Position numbers and translations under genes: made by a program. A stretch of 64,000 nucleotides of DNA from Convolutriloba macropyga (lineage: Eukaryota), in contig NC_134475.1 of NCBI RefSeq assembly GCF_964194025.1, positions 30,442,001-30,506,000 of the forward strand, in the 5' to 3' direction. This document shows, piece by piece, positions 13,817 to 23,337 of the stretch (positions are counted from its first letter, which is position 1; every line of letters starts with the position of its first letter). Below the pieces are notes generated by a model. The model worked only from the letters and a program-made list of their open reading frames with translations. It had not been told where the DNA came from and did not search any database.

Positions 13817-14927
13817 AAAATCCAACTTATGAATTTTGCATCAAACCGCTATAAAACAAAATCGGCTGCTCCACTATCGGAGGAGACGTTCGTTTTATCT
13901 CACATCCTGTATAATTATAACAACAAATTTTCCTTTCAGTAACCTGCAAAATTGCACTTAACACACAAATTCAACACTTTCGTATCCTTTGGTTCTCTAA
14001 AAACTTTGTCCCCCTCGGGCCTCTTGCGACAAAAATTTTGCACTAACATATACTCAGAAATGGCAAAAAGGTGCCAAGTAACGCCAAAATTCATGTAACT
14101 TTCTGCTCAGAACTTTCTTCCAATGCCTCTCAAGTTATGATATTGAATGAATTCATCAAATAGTAGCTAAATTGGTGTGAAAGTTGAAAGAACAAAACGA
14201 ATTCAAATCGTATACATAAAAACGAATTCTTTCACAGATTCTCATTAGTATTAGTACTAGACCGCGTAACACTGAAACAAAGAGTTTAAATTTGTTCTGT
14301 CTATCTATCAAATATTGAGGGAACAACACATGAACATAAAAATCTCAAAAACTTCTTAAGATGTCAATCAATTTCTTGCTTTCTTTTTCAACCCCATTGC
14401 GATGTCAACTCTGCCAATCAGTAGGTCAAAATTTTCATCAGAAGAGAAAAAAAATATTTTGATAGCAGAATGAAGACTATCATGTTCTGACACTTACCTT
14501 ATTTCTTCGTCTTCAAGTATTCCAGCATCCAAAAAGGTTATGCGATTTAAACTATTCGTAAAAAACTAATACCAGGAAAAAAACAACGTTGCAAGAAGAG
14601 TTAAAATAGAAAGGTACCAAAAAATTAAAGTGTCTGATTCAGAAAGTTTTCCTCGGTATAATTATCAATCAAAAACTTAATAGCTCATTTGTAGCCCAGG
14701 AGGACAATTCCAGGATCTCTTCCGTTTGTGCCCTCAGATCGTTATGCAAGTAAATGTGCTATATTAAAATGGACACAGTCGGCTATCTGAGAAAGAACTA
14801 GCTTCACATTTCATATCGACACAATAAACTGAAATACACTCCAGCAAACATCGCTATCAAAGGAAAAAAAAATCATACTCAGAAAATGTGGGATCCCATA
14901 AAGCTGGGTACAATTCCTCTGAACACT

Positions 14928-15609
14928 ATATCGCCTCAATCTCTGATTAAAAAAAAAGCTCCGTGTAAAAAAAATTAAGTCAAAGATCTACAAAATTATT
15001 CCATAATTTATAAAAACAGTGAAAAATTTTGTTAAGTTTTAAAATAGGAATACAAGGCTAATCTACATTGTTAATTGCTTGATTGATGATGATGAGAACA
15101 GAGATAAAATCGACACGGAGATCGTTGAATATCAATATCGCCTCAATCTCTGACCAGGGAAGCATCTATATCGCCTCAATCTCTGATAGAAAAAGTAGCT
15201 CAGTGTAACAAAAAATTAATTCAAAGATCTACAAAATTATTCCATAATTTATAAAAACAGTGAAAAATTTTGTTAAGTTTTCAAATAGGAAGACAAGGCT
15301 AATCTACATTGTTAATTGCTTGATTGATGATGATGAGAACTGAGATAAAATCGACACGGAGATCGTTGAATATCAATATCGCCTCAATCTCTGATCAGGG
15401 AAGCATCTATATCGCCTCAATCTCTGATAGAAAAAGTAGCTCAGTGTAAAAAAATTAATTCAAAGATCTACAAACTTATTCCATAATTTATAAAAACAGT
15501 GAAAAATTTTGTTAAGTTTTCAAATAGGAAGACAAGGCTAATCTACATTGTTAATTGCTTGATTGATGATGATGAGAACTGAGATAAAATCGACACGGAG
15601 ATCGTTGAA
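14928..15609. repeat. Tandem repeat, unit of about 240 bp, about 2.8 copies
   Basis: Near-identical units start at about 14928, 15168 and 15409. The internal sub-repeat atatcgcctcaatctctga occurs twice per full unit. Confidence 0.95.
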
Positions 15610-15658
15610 GATCAATTAATATTACATCAGAGAAGCAGCTATGTTTTCATAGCGCACT

Positions 15659-16690
15659 TTAATAACGTTTGCTCTGAGCATAAATTATGTACAAAAACCT
15701 CAGAATAGATTTTAAGTCCCCTTCAACAACATTCTCTGGTATTATTTTTGGCTTCGCAATTTGGCAATCCTGCATCAGCTGAAGAGCCAGTTTGACATTA
15801 TGCAATTTCTCCTCTTTGTTCTTTGGAGTCAGGTGAATATTTTTGAAAGGTACGAAGAAATTTTCCACAATTGCAATTATGAAAATGAAATAGACACCGT
15901 CATTCATCATGGCTTCTAATGGTTCGTCTTTGACCTCGTAATCGATGTCCCGAATCAATTTCTCAACAAATGCTCGGAGAATGCTAATTGCAGTTTGCAA
16001 CTTTTCCCTTGAACCTTGTTCGAACAGCTCATCAAAAGCATCTGGTTCCTGGAAAATTCCATCAATTTCAGATCCAGTTATTGGCAAGGTAACGTAGTTA
16101 TGCACCAATTTGCCGTCTTTCTTTGTAACTTCTACTAGTCGAACACTAACATCAGGTGGGATCCGAACTGAAGCTTTGAAACGTCTCGCGATGCAAACAA
16201 GGAACTTTAGAATGGCAACCAAGTCTTTCTCGTGAATCAGTTCAGCATCCCAGTCACTAGACTGATCAAGTTGAAGCAAATAGTTGAACTCGTCCACAAT
16301 CCGTTCCATTTTCTGTCGTTGTTCAACCAAAGAACCGGTCAATTCCTGGAACTCGTACTGTCGTCCTGTTAGCTTTACCAGCAGCTGACCCAAAACAAGT
16401 CCGTCAAACAGGTCCTCTTCGATATCTTTGACGACAATGCCATACTCGGCCAATTCATTATTGATCCAATCCAACAAAGCCGTCATCAACTCGATCAATT
16501 TGGAATCTTTTCTGGACTGAGGGTCTACCATGTAGGTGGTTTCGCCATCTTCGATGTTGTACTGACTGGGGTCAAACGTGCGTTCTACTTTAAAGGTTTG
16601 GTCTGCTGCAGAAGGCGTTGTCGGAGTTTTAGGTTTACCACCAAGATTGAGATTCTCAATCTTCTCGCCAATTTTGTCTAACATTGCCAT
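15659..16690 (-). CDS. PARV: Parvin (two calponin-homology domains), intronless, 343 aa
   Basis: CH1 motifs LLDWINNELAEYGIVVKDIEEDLFDGLVLGQLL and KDLVAILKFLV. Linker EPDAFDELF. CH2 motifs DGVYFIFIIAIVENFFVP, KLHNVKLALQLM and GDLKSILRFLY. The likely ATG is 16690 (MAMLDK); the ORF extension to 16834 crosses a splice acceptor. Confidence 0.95.
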   Translation of the reverse strand: MAMLDKIGEKIENLNLGGKPKTPTTPSAADQTFKVERTFDPSQYNIEDGETTYMVDPQSRKDSKLIELMTALLDWINNELAEYGIVVKDIEEDLFDGLVLGQLLVKLTGRQYEFQELTGSLVEQRQKMERIVDEFNYLLQLDQSSDWDAELIHEKDLVAILKFLVCIARRFKASVRIPPDVSVRLVEVTKKDGKLVHNYVTLPITGSEIDGIFQEPDAFDELFEQGSREKLQTAISILRAFVEKLIRDIDYEVKDEPLEAMMNDGVYFIFIIAIVENFFVPFKNIHLTPKNKEEKLHNVKLALQLMQDCQIAKPKIIPENVVEGDLKSILRFLYIIYAQSKRY

Positions 16691-17018
16691 GCTTATTGTC
16701 TGAAGTAGATAATGAACAGTATCAGACAGTAAATTTAAAAAGATAGCAAAACTACGTTGCAATTGGCATACAAGATGTAAATGTTCCCAGCCCATTATGT
16801 GAAAACCTATTAAGCTGTCCGTCTGTATAATCATTCACACAAAATTCACAATCACTCTCTATGAAACTTATTTTCATATCGCAAGAGCGTCCTAATGCCT
16901 TTGCTCCTTAAGTAGCAATACAACTAAGTTAATTCAATTACAGTAGGCGAACACGAAAACTAAAAATTTTGCACACAAATATTTACAAGAATCTGACAGT
17001 CTTCCCAAATGGGACTAT

Positions 17019-19079
17019 TTACACTATGGATTTATATTTACAAGCGAGCATCAGCCATACGGCCACTGCGTTCTCTGGAAATGCCACCACCTTCACTCGA
17101 GCAGCAAGTCGCACCGAATCCCCTCGACATGAAATGATTTCCTCACAACTCTGTGACTTCATACATCTATTGAAAACACGCTTGGCGTTAACAGTATCGA
17201 CCTGCAATGGACATCCCTTGAATGTTTCCCCATCTGGAATGTACTGCCTAATCGCATTTTGGAATTCGTCAGAGCCAACTGACACTCCCAGACTTCGTTC
17301 CATTTCATAACTGCTCAATGCTGGCTGCAGAATATACGCAAGTCCTGCATCGAATACGGAATCGAGCTCCAAGCTGCTCCGGTGATCTACAATTAGATTC
17401 ATCAAATCTAGTTCCAAATTTTCAGCAATTATGGACGTGTCGAGACTTGGCCCTTGAATTACCGGAATATTTCTCCAGAATGGGTTTGATTCCGAGCCAC
17501 AAACGGAGTCTAGTACTTCTCGGTCCATTGACTTCCAGTTGTAATCGTTTAGCAAGTCGAAAGCGCAGTTAGCCACGCGATCTGAAGGTTGAATGTTAGC
17601 ATAAAATTCTCGGTTATTATAGACGCAACCAATTGTAACGTATGGATGGCTATTCTGATCAGATCCACTCACAGTCTTCAAGTGTAAATTATCGTGATGC
17701 GAGAAGTTGTGAATGTATTTGTGACCAGTTGTTGATTCGTAGAATGTTACAATGTTATCAGCTCCAACAATCACTACCCAAGAATGGGGTTCCTGCTTGG
17801 ATTTAGTACCGAAGCACACATAGGCGTTCAAACCGAACCCAATGAGCAAGCTACATAGCAAATTGGCATGATCAGCGGAAGTTCCTTTGTTCTGTGCCAA
17901 TGTACAGAACAAGCTTTGCCATGTTGACGTGGAACTTGTTCCTCCCATCGCATCGTCAGTACCTTCGGAACTCAAAACCGACACGAACCGAGTGCACTGC
18001 AGGGCCGATTCGAGAACTCTTCCAGTTCTTAATGGTCTGACAAATGAACATACAGGCCTCGTGGTTCCATTTTCGTCTTGTGCGAAAATTTTCACTAGTC
18101 TTTGATTATTTTCCGGTCGGATTTGTAAATACTCTTTCCACCATTGCTTCGCGTAGTTGAAGAAACTCTTGTTTTTCTCGTTCACTCGACTCCATTCCAG
18201 TTCAAACTGGGTGGACACAATTTCCTTCTGGAGGGTTGAAGTCACAGCGGGCATAATTTCCATCGTTATATCCAACACGCCAGCATTGATCTTGGATTCA
18301 CCACCGATTCCATAAACGGGTAAAGCATTTCGTTCTTTCATTCCTTGTGTGTGTAATAAATGTCGCCATTCTACAAATTGAGACGAGATAACGCTTTTAG
18401 CTCCAAAAGTGTCCGTTTTAAGAACTATCACATGCAACGGATCCGACATCGAGAGCATTGCATTCAAGTCAGCAGCTTTTCCGTTTACATTCTTTTTATC
18501 GTCAGCCAGAACGATCAGGAACGAGTCATCGAAAGCCGGCTCGACACAGTAAGGTACTGATTTTGAATTAAAACGCTGGTTTCTAAAGTCAATAATCACG
18601 GAGATGGTCGCCTTGGTGTCATGAAAAGAGCTGGTCTCTTCGCTGAAGCCAGTGAATGCCTTACCGCCATGCAAACAAACGTACAGATACCTCCTCGATG
18701 GGTTGATAGATGGTTGATTTACAAAATCTGTTTTGAGGGCCTTCTGATAAGCAGATTTTTTCTGCGACCCCGAATCTAGACGGCGACCGCGGTGGTGATC
18801 TTCAGATGACCATGATAAGTTGGTCACGTTCACATTGACATGACCTCTCGACTCGTTAAGCTGACCCAGAATAGTTTCCAGGATTCCAGTCTTCTTGAAA
18901 TCTTCTAGCATCTCATGCGGTTGGACTACCGATTCATTTCTAGCACGCTGTCTCTCCATTGACCTGTTCGCTATTTCACGGATGGCATCTTGAGCACCTT
19001 CCTGTTCTAGTCGAGTTCTGATGGCTAGTCTGAGTGCATCCAGTTGATCAGATGTCAGATTTTCAGTGTTACGACTCAT
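17019..19079 (-). CDS. CEP76: Centrosomal protein CEP76 (C2 plus transglutaminase-like domains), intronless, 686 aa
   Basis: Motifs RRYLYVCLHGGKAF, FRNQRFNSKSVPYCVEPAFDDSFL, YAKQWWKEYLQIRP, RLVKIFAQDENG, DHANLLCSLLIGFGLNAYVC, and C-terminal VWLMLACKYKSIV. Confidence 0.96.
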   Translation of the reverse strand: MSRNTENLTSDQLDALRLAIRTRLEQEGAQDAIREIANRSMERQRARNESVVQPHEMLEDFKKTGILETILGQLNESRGHVNVNVTNLSWSSEDHHRGRRLDSGSQKKSAYQKALKTDFVNQPSINPSRRYLYVCLHGGKAFTGFSEETSSFHDTKATISVIIDFRNQRFNSKSVPYCVEPAFDDSFLIVLADDKKNVNGKAADLNAMLSMSDPLHVIVLKTDTFGAKSVISSQFVEWRHLLHTQGMKERNALPVYGIGGESKINAGVLDITMEIMPAVTSTLQKEIVSTQFELEWSRVNEKNKSFFNYAKQWWKEYLQIRPENNQRLVKIFAQDENGTTRPVCSFVRPLRTGRVLESALQCTRFVSVLSSEGTDDAMGGTSSTSTWQSLFCTLAQNKGTSADHANLLCSLLIGFGLNAYVCFGTKSKQEPHSWVVIVGADNIVTFYESTTGHKYIHNFSHHDNLHLKTVSGSDQNSHPYVTIGCVYNNREFYANIQPSDRVANCAFDLLNDYNWKSMDREVLDSVCGSESNPFWRNIPVIQGPSLDTSIIAENLELDLMNLIVDHRSSLELDSVFDAGLAYILQPALSSYEMERSLGVSVGSDEFQNAIRQYIPDGETFKGCPLQVDTVNAKRVFNRCMKSQSCEEIISCRGDSVRLAARVKVVAFPENAVAVWLMLACKYKSIV

Positions 19080-19342
19080 GATATCTGTAAAATATATCCA
19101 ATGCCTTTAAGAAAAAAAAAGAGTTGAAGCATTTGGCCGTGAGGTTTGCATATACTATGCGATTTATTAGATTTGGCACTATTGAAAATTAATCTTGTAC
19201 TCAACACAATGAGCCCACACAAAGAGAATGACGCAACATCAAAGCCATCTTAGCCACTTATAGTTCGACAAAGTCTAAATTCAATGTTCGGAAAGTTTAT
19301 GAAAAAAAGTTCACTCCATTAAACCTGATCTCCTGTGAACTT

Positions 19343-20748
19343 GACATATAATGCAACGTTAACTAAATTAGAACGCAAAAATTTTCCCGAAGTGTAAGAG
19401 TTTTCACGTTTGTTCAGCTTGGACAGACTTTTAGTTTTCACTGCTTTGAACGAGACAAAATCAATGGAATACTTCTGATTTTGTAATAATTATAGTTTTT
19501 GAAACACTTGGATACATTTCCTTCTGTGATTGGGACATCTAGTAACATGGCGCTGCGCCATCTATAATCACGAACAAAGATCACTAGAGCTCAGGATCAG
19601 CTGTGGAGAGTTCCACACAGATAGTTCAAATTAGGTGGTAATTCATGCTGGCTATCGATTTTTTTAAATTTCGGACACGAGATCACTAAATTATGCAAGA
19701 TGTTCAGCATGTTTCGTATACACTGATTAGGGGAAAGATATGTAACTTTAAGTAATTTGCCATTCACACTCTTGTCTACAATTTTACCCTATTTAAGACA
19801 AACAACAGACAAATTACATTTTTAAGGCTATATTTGCAACTAATTCAAAGCAACAATAGAGCTGAGAGATCTAATTCCAAGAAACGCTAATTCAAGACGT
19901 TGGTGTTAAGAGTACAGTTTTGGGAAGCAATAAGCGATTAGAGCAGAGCCATGGGTACTTCCATCCGAGATTGAGCTCAAAGTGCTGACGAATTCTATAA
20001 CCATTGGGTGTCCTTGGGTACTCAAGAACATAAACAACCGACCTGGACATATAATGCAACGTTAACTAAATTACCCCGTAAAAATATTCCCAAAGTGTAA
20101 CAGTTTTCACGTTTGTTCAGCTTTGACAGACTTTTAGTTTTCACTGCTTCGAACGAGACAAAATCAATGGAATACTTTTGATTTTGTAATAATTATAGTT
20201 TTTGAAACACTTGGATATATTTCCTTTTGTGATTGGGACATCTAGTAAAATGGCGTTGCGCTATCAATAATCACGAACAAAGATCACTAGCGCTCAGGAT
20301 CAGCAGTGGATAGTTCCACACAGATAGTTCAAATTAGGTGGTAATTCATGGTGGCTATCGATTTTTTTTTAATTTCAGAAGCGAGATAACTAAATTATTC
20401 ATGATGTTCCGAATGTTTCGTATACACTGATAAGAGGAAAGATAGGTAACTTTCAGTAATTTGCCATTCACACTCTTGTTTACAATTTTACCCTATTTAA
20501 GACAAACAACGGACAAATTACATTTTTAAGGCTGTATTTGCAACTAATTCAAAGCAACAATAGAGCTGAGAGATCAAATTCCAAGAAATGCTAATTCAAG
20601 ACGGTGGTGTTAAGAGTACAGTTATGGGAAGCAATAAGCTATTAGAGCAGAGCCATGGGTACTTCCATCCGAGATTGAGCTCAAAGTGCTGACGAATTCT
20701 ATTACCATTGGGTGTCCTTTGGTACTTAAGAACATAAACAACCGACCT
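19343..20748. repeat. Tandem duplication of about 704 bp upstream of CEP76
   Basis: gacatataatgcaacg...caaccgacct is present at 19343-20044 and 20047-20748 with scattered substitutions. Confidence 0.95.
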
Positions 20749-20754
20749 AAGCAC

Positions 20755-20884
20755 CCAAACGACTGGCGAGCGGTTAGCTTCGTTAATATCCACCCGGGGT
20801 TAGGGATGCTAGCATTAGAGGTAGGAGAGGAGCGGGGGTCAAACGTTGGGGCGTGGTCAAGAGGTGGGGGGTTTGAAGAGTTGA

Positions 20885-20917
<33 letters not shown>

Positions 20918-21317
20918 CAAACCGTCTGGTGGCGGAGGGAGGAAGGGGGTAATTGCCGGTGGGGGGGGGGGGGGGGCGGGGGCTGACTGATAGATGACCA
21001 TGTTTATACATTAAAACGGAGGGTGAATCGCTCTCAAACGACTGGTGAGCAGTTGACTTCTTTAACAGTCAGCTGCGACTAAGGGAGGCTAGCTTACGCT
21101 TGATTGCAGAGAGGGGGTAGAGCCTGAGGGGCTGCGGGTGAAGGAGAGAGGACGAGACGGGGTTGGGGAAAATGAAGGGCGGCAGTGCGAAGTTGTTAAA
21201 CTCCCTCCACATTAAATTATTTCAACATCTTCGGTGATTAGAATACTTAGAAACTAGTTTCCTATAAAGAGAGCGACTTCATGCCCACCGGGCTTTAGAT
21301 GTTTATCAGGTTTTTGA
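20755..21317 (+). mobile_element. Copy of an unclassified GC-rich dispersed repeat family containing (GA)n and poly-G tracts
   Basis: Motif caaacgactgg(c/t)gagc(g/a)gtt at about 20757 and 21035, with the palindromic end motif at 21281. The same motifs occur reversed at 47321-47640 and 48860-48915. Confidence 0.55.
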
Positions 21318-21583
21318 GGCCGAAAAGTCAAATGGTCGGACATAAAAGCAATCAGACAAAAAGTCAGTAGTACGAAAATTGTANNNNNNNNNNNNNNNNN
21401 NNNNNNNNNNNNNNNNNNNNNNNNNNNNNNNNNNNNNNNNNNNNNNNNNNNNNNNNNNNNNNNNNNNNNNNNNNNNNNNNNNNNNNNNNNNNNNNNNNNN
21501 NNNNNNNNNNNNNNNNNNNNNNNNNNNNNNNNNNNNNNNNNNNNNNNNNNNNNNNNNNNNNNNNNNNNNNNNNNNNNNNNNNN

Positions 21584-21912
21584 AAACTTTCGCAATTCAA
21601 CTATTTTCGTTCACGATTCAGGCAAAAAGCGGTGAATAAGTTCACGGCTTAGAGAGATAAAGGCGAGACCAGACAATACCTGTCATCGCTGTGTACAGAT
21701 GTTAGAATTTACAGAGGTGTTAAGACAAGTGATAGAAAGTTTACTGCGTACAACGGAATTGAGTCATCAAGTGATTGAGACTGAATGAAATGAACTAAAG
21801 TTTGAACAGATTCCCGAATGGGTTGATAGTATAATAATATATGGGTGTTAGTAGTGTTTATAATAGTAGATGAGTCTTGGTTTCAGTTCCTGACGGGTAC
21901 TTCCGTACCACA
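21584..21912 (-). repeat. 3' LTR (about 357 bp; last 28 bp or so in the gap)
   Basis: Starts TGTGGTACGG at 21912 directly after the PPT. Matches 32724-33044 with about 7 substitutions and an 8-bp indel. Confidence 0.92.
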
Positions 21913-21925
21913 CTCCCCCTTTTTC
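21913..21925 (-). other. Polypurine tract
   Basis: Minus-strand GAAAAAGGGGGAG lies immediately before the TG of the 3' LTR. Confidence 0.9.
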
Positions 21926-21937
21926 AATTTTTGGCAT

Positions 21938-23337
21938 TTATATGCCGAAAATATGATTGAGGTGGTCAACGTCTTCTGGGTCCAATGATGAAATGGGGCT
22001 CTGTTCTAGGGTTGCACGGTGCGGGATTTCCGAAGGGGCCGTGCTGTAGCTCGACTGCGGGCTATCACTGTGATCCGGGTTCCTGCATCTCTCGTCGTCA
22101 GACAGTGAGTGCTCTATGGAGATGTTGGTATCCTTGTTTGCTATCCTTGTGGGTGCCGTGGGTGGGGGTTCTTGTGCTGCAGTCATTGGCTCTGTTAGTG
22201 GTTCCTCTGGCATGATATTGTGGTCGCTGTCCGACTCTATTAGGATGGTGACCGGTACCTCGTCATCTATGTTGGGGCTGATCTGTGTAATGGTTGGTTG
22301 CTGTTGTTGTTGAATGGCCCGGGTGGGTTCCGTGCTTGTGTTTTGTGTTTGTTGTATGAGCTGCTCTATGTTCCGAACGGGTGCGGATGGAGTTTCTTTC
22401 ATGTTGTCTTTGTTTATGAGTAGTTTTTGCACAATTCGCTGAACGGATCCTCGGCCTTTGTTAGGTGTGTGCAAAAAGTCTTTCGGCGAACTTGAAGTGA
22501 CGATTATTATCGGGCTTTGTAATGGCGAGTCGGATACTAGATTGATGACTTCTACAGTATCCGAGTTGTTCCACCTGTCCAGATCAGTGCTTACAATGGA
22601 GGAGTATCGTTGTTGCCTTCGTTTCGCTTGTTCGAGTTTCGACTGGGCTAGTGCTGCCTGTTTTGATTTTGCTTCGAATTGTGGAACGTTTGTTCTTTTT
22701 GTGGGCTGCTGTGCTTTTCTTCTGGGGCTTCCTGCTTTGCCCTTCCTTTGTTTTTGATTTTGTTTCGTTGTGGTGTTTTTCATGGTTGGCTTGGTGGCGG
22801 CTTGTTGTGTTTGTCTGCTTGTGCCCGGTTGGGGTTCGTCCTGTTGTTGTGTTGACTGTTCCGCTGCCCATTTCTCTTTTTGTTTCTTCTCATCTAAATA
22901 GAATTTCTTAATTTTTTCTCTATTTCTCTTATATTTGCCGACAGTCTTGCACGCTACGAAGTCTATCAGTCTAGGTTTATTTGGGATTGTTTCAGTGGCT
23001 ATGGCTATATCGCTTTTTCTGATTACTGTGTCTTTTCTTTTTGGTGTGTCGATTGTGATTGTGTGGGGTGTGTAATTTGTTATTGTCCCGTCCGGGATTA
23101 TATTCCATAGCGGTTTAAGTGTGCCTCGTGGTTCCTTTACTCTGCGCATTATTGTTTTTCTTGCTACTTGGTTTCTTGATTTTACTAATACTGATGTTTT
23201 ATCTCCGAATGTAATGCTTAGTTTGTCGGGTACGATTTTTATGGGAGAAATGGTCTTACGTTTTTGCGCCGTAGGTGCGCGTTTTGTGGCTAGGGGTTCT
23301 TCGTCTGAGTCTGATTCGGCACCGGGGGACTGGTATT
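21938..23337 (-). pseudogene. Long C-terminal extension of the Gypsy integrase (complete copy)
   Basis: Includes ORF 21938-23149. The same sequence in the other copy (27114-28194) is in frame with the integrase core. The stop lies 12 nt before the PPT. Confidence 0.75.

Noticed and set aside
14360-14790. Possible small minus-strand exons (donor AG|gtaagt at 14497, acceptors at about 14411 and 14787)
   Set aside because: I could not assemble a stop-free, phase-consistent CDS or link it to exon 7447.
16691-16834. N-terminal extension of the parvin ORF
   Set aside because: It is not parvin-like and crosses a good splice acceptor at 16701-16700. The same applies to 60667-60708 of MRPL32.
20622-21011. 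Pro-rich and Ser-Leu-repeat ORFs
   Set aside because: They are translations of poly-G and (GA)n tracts.
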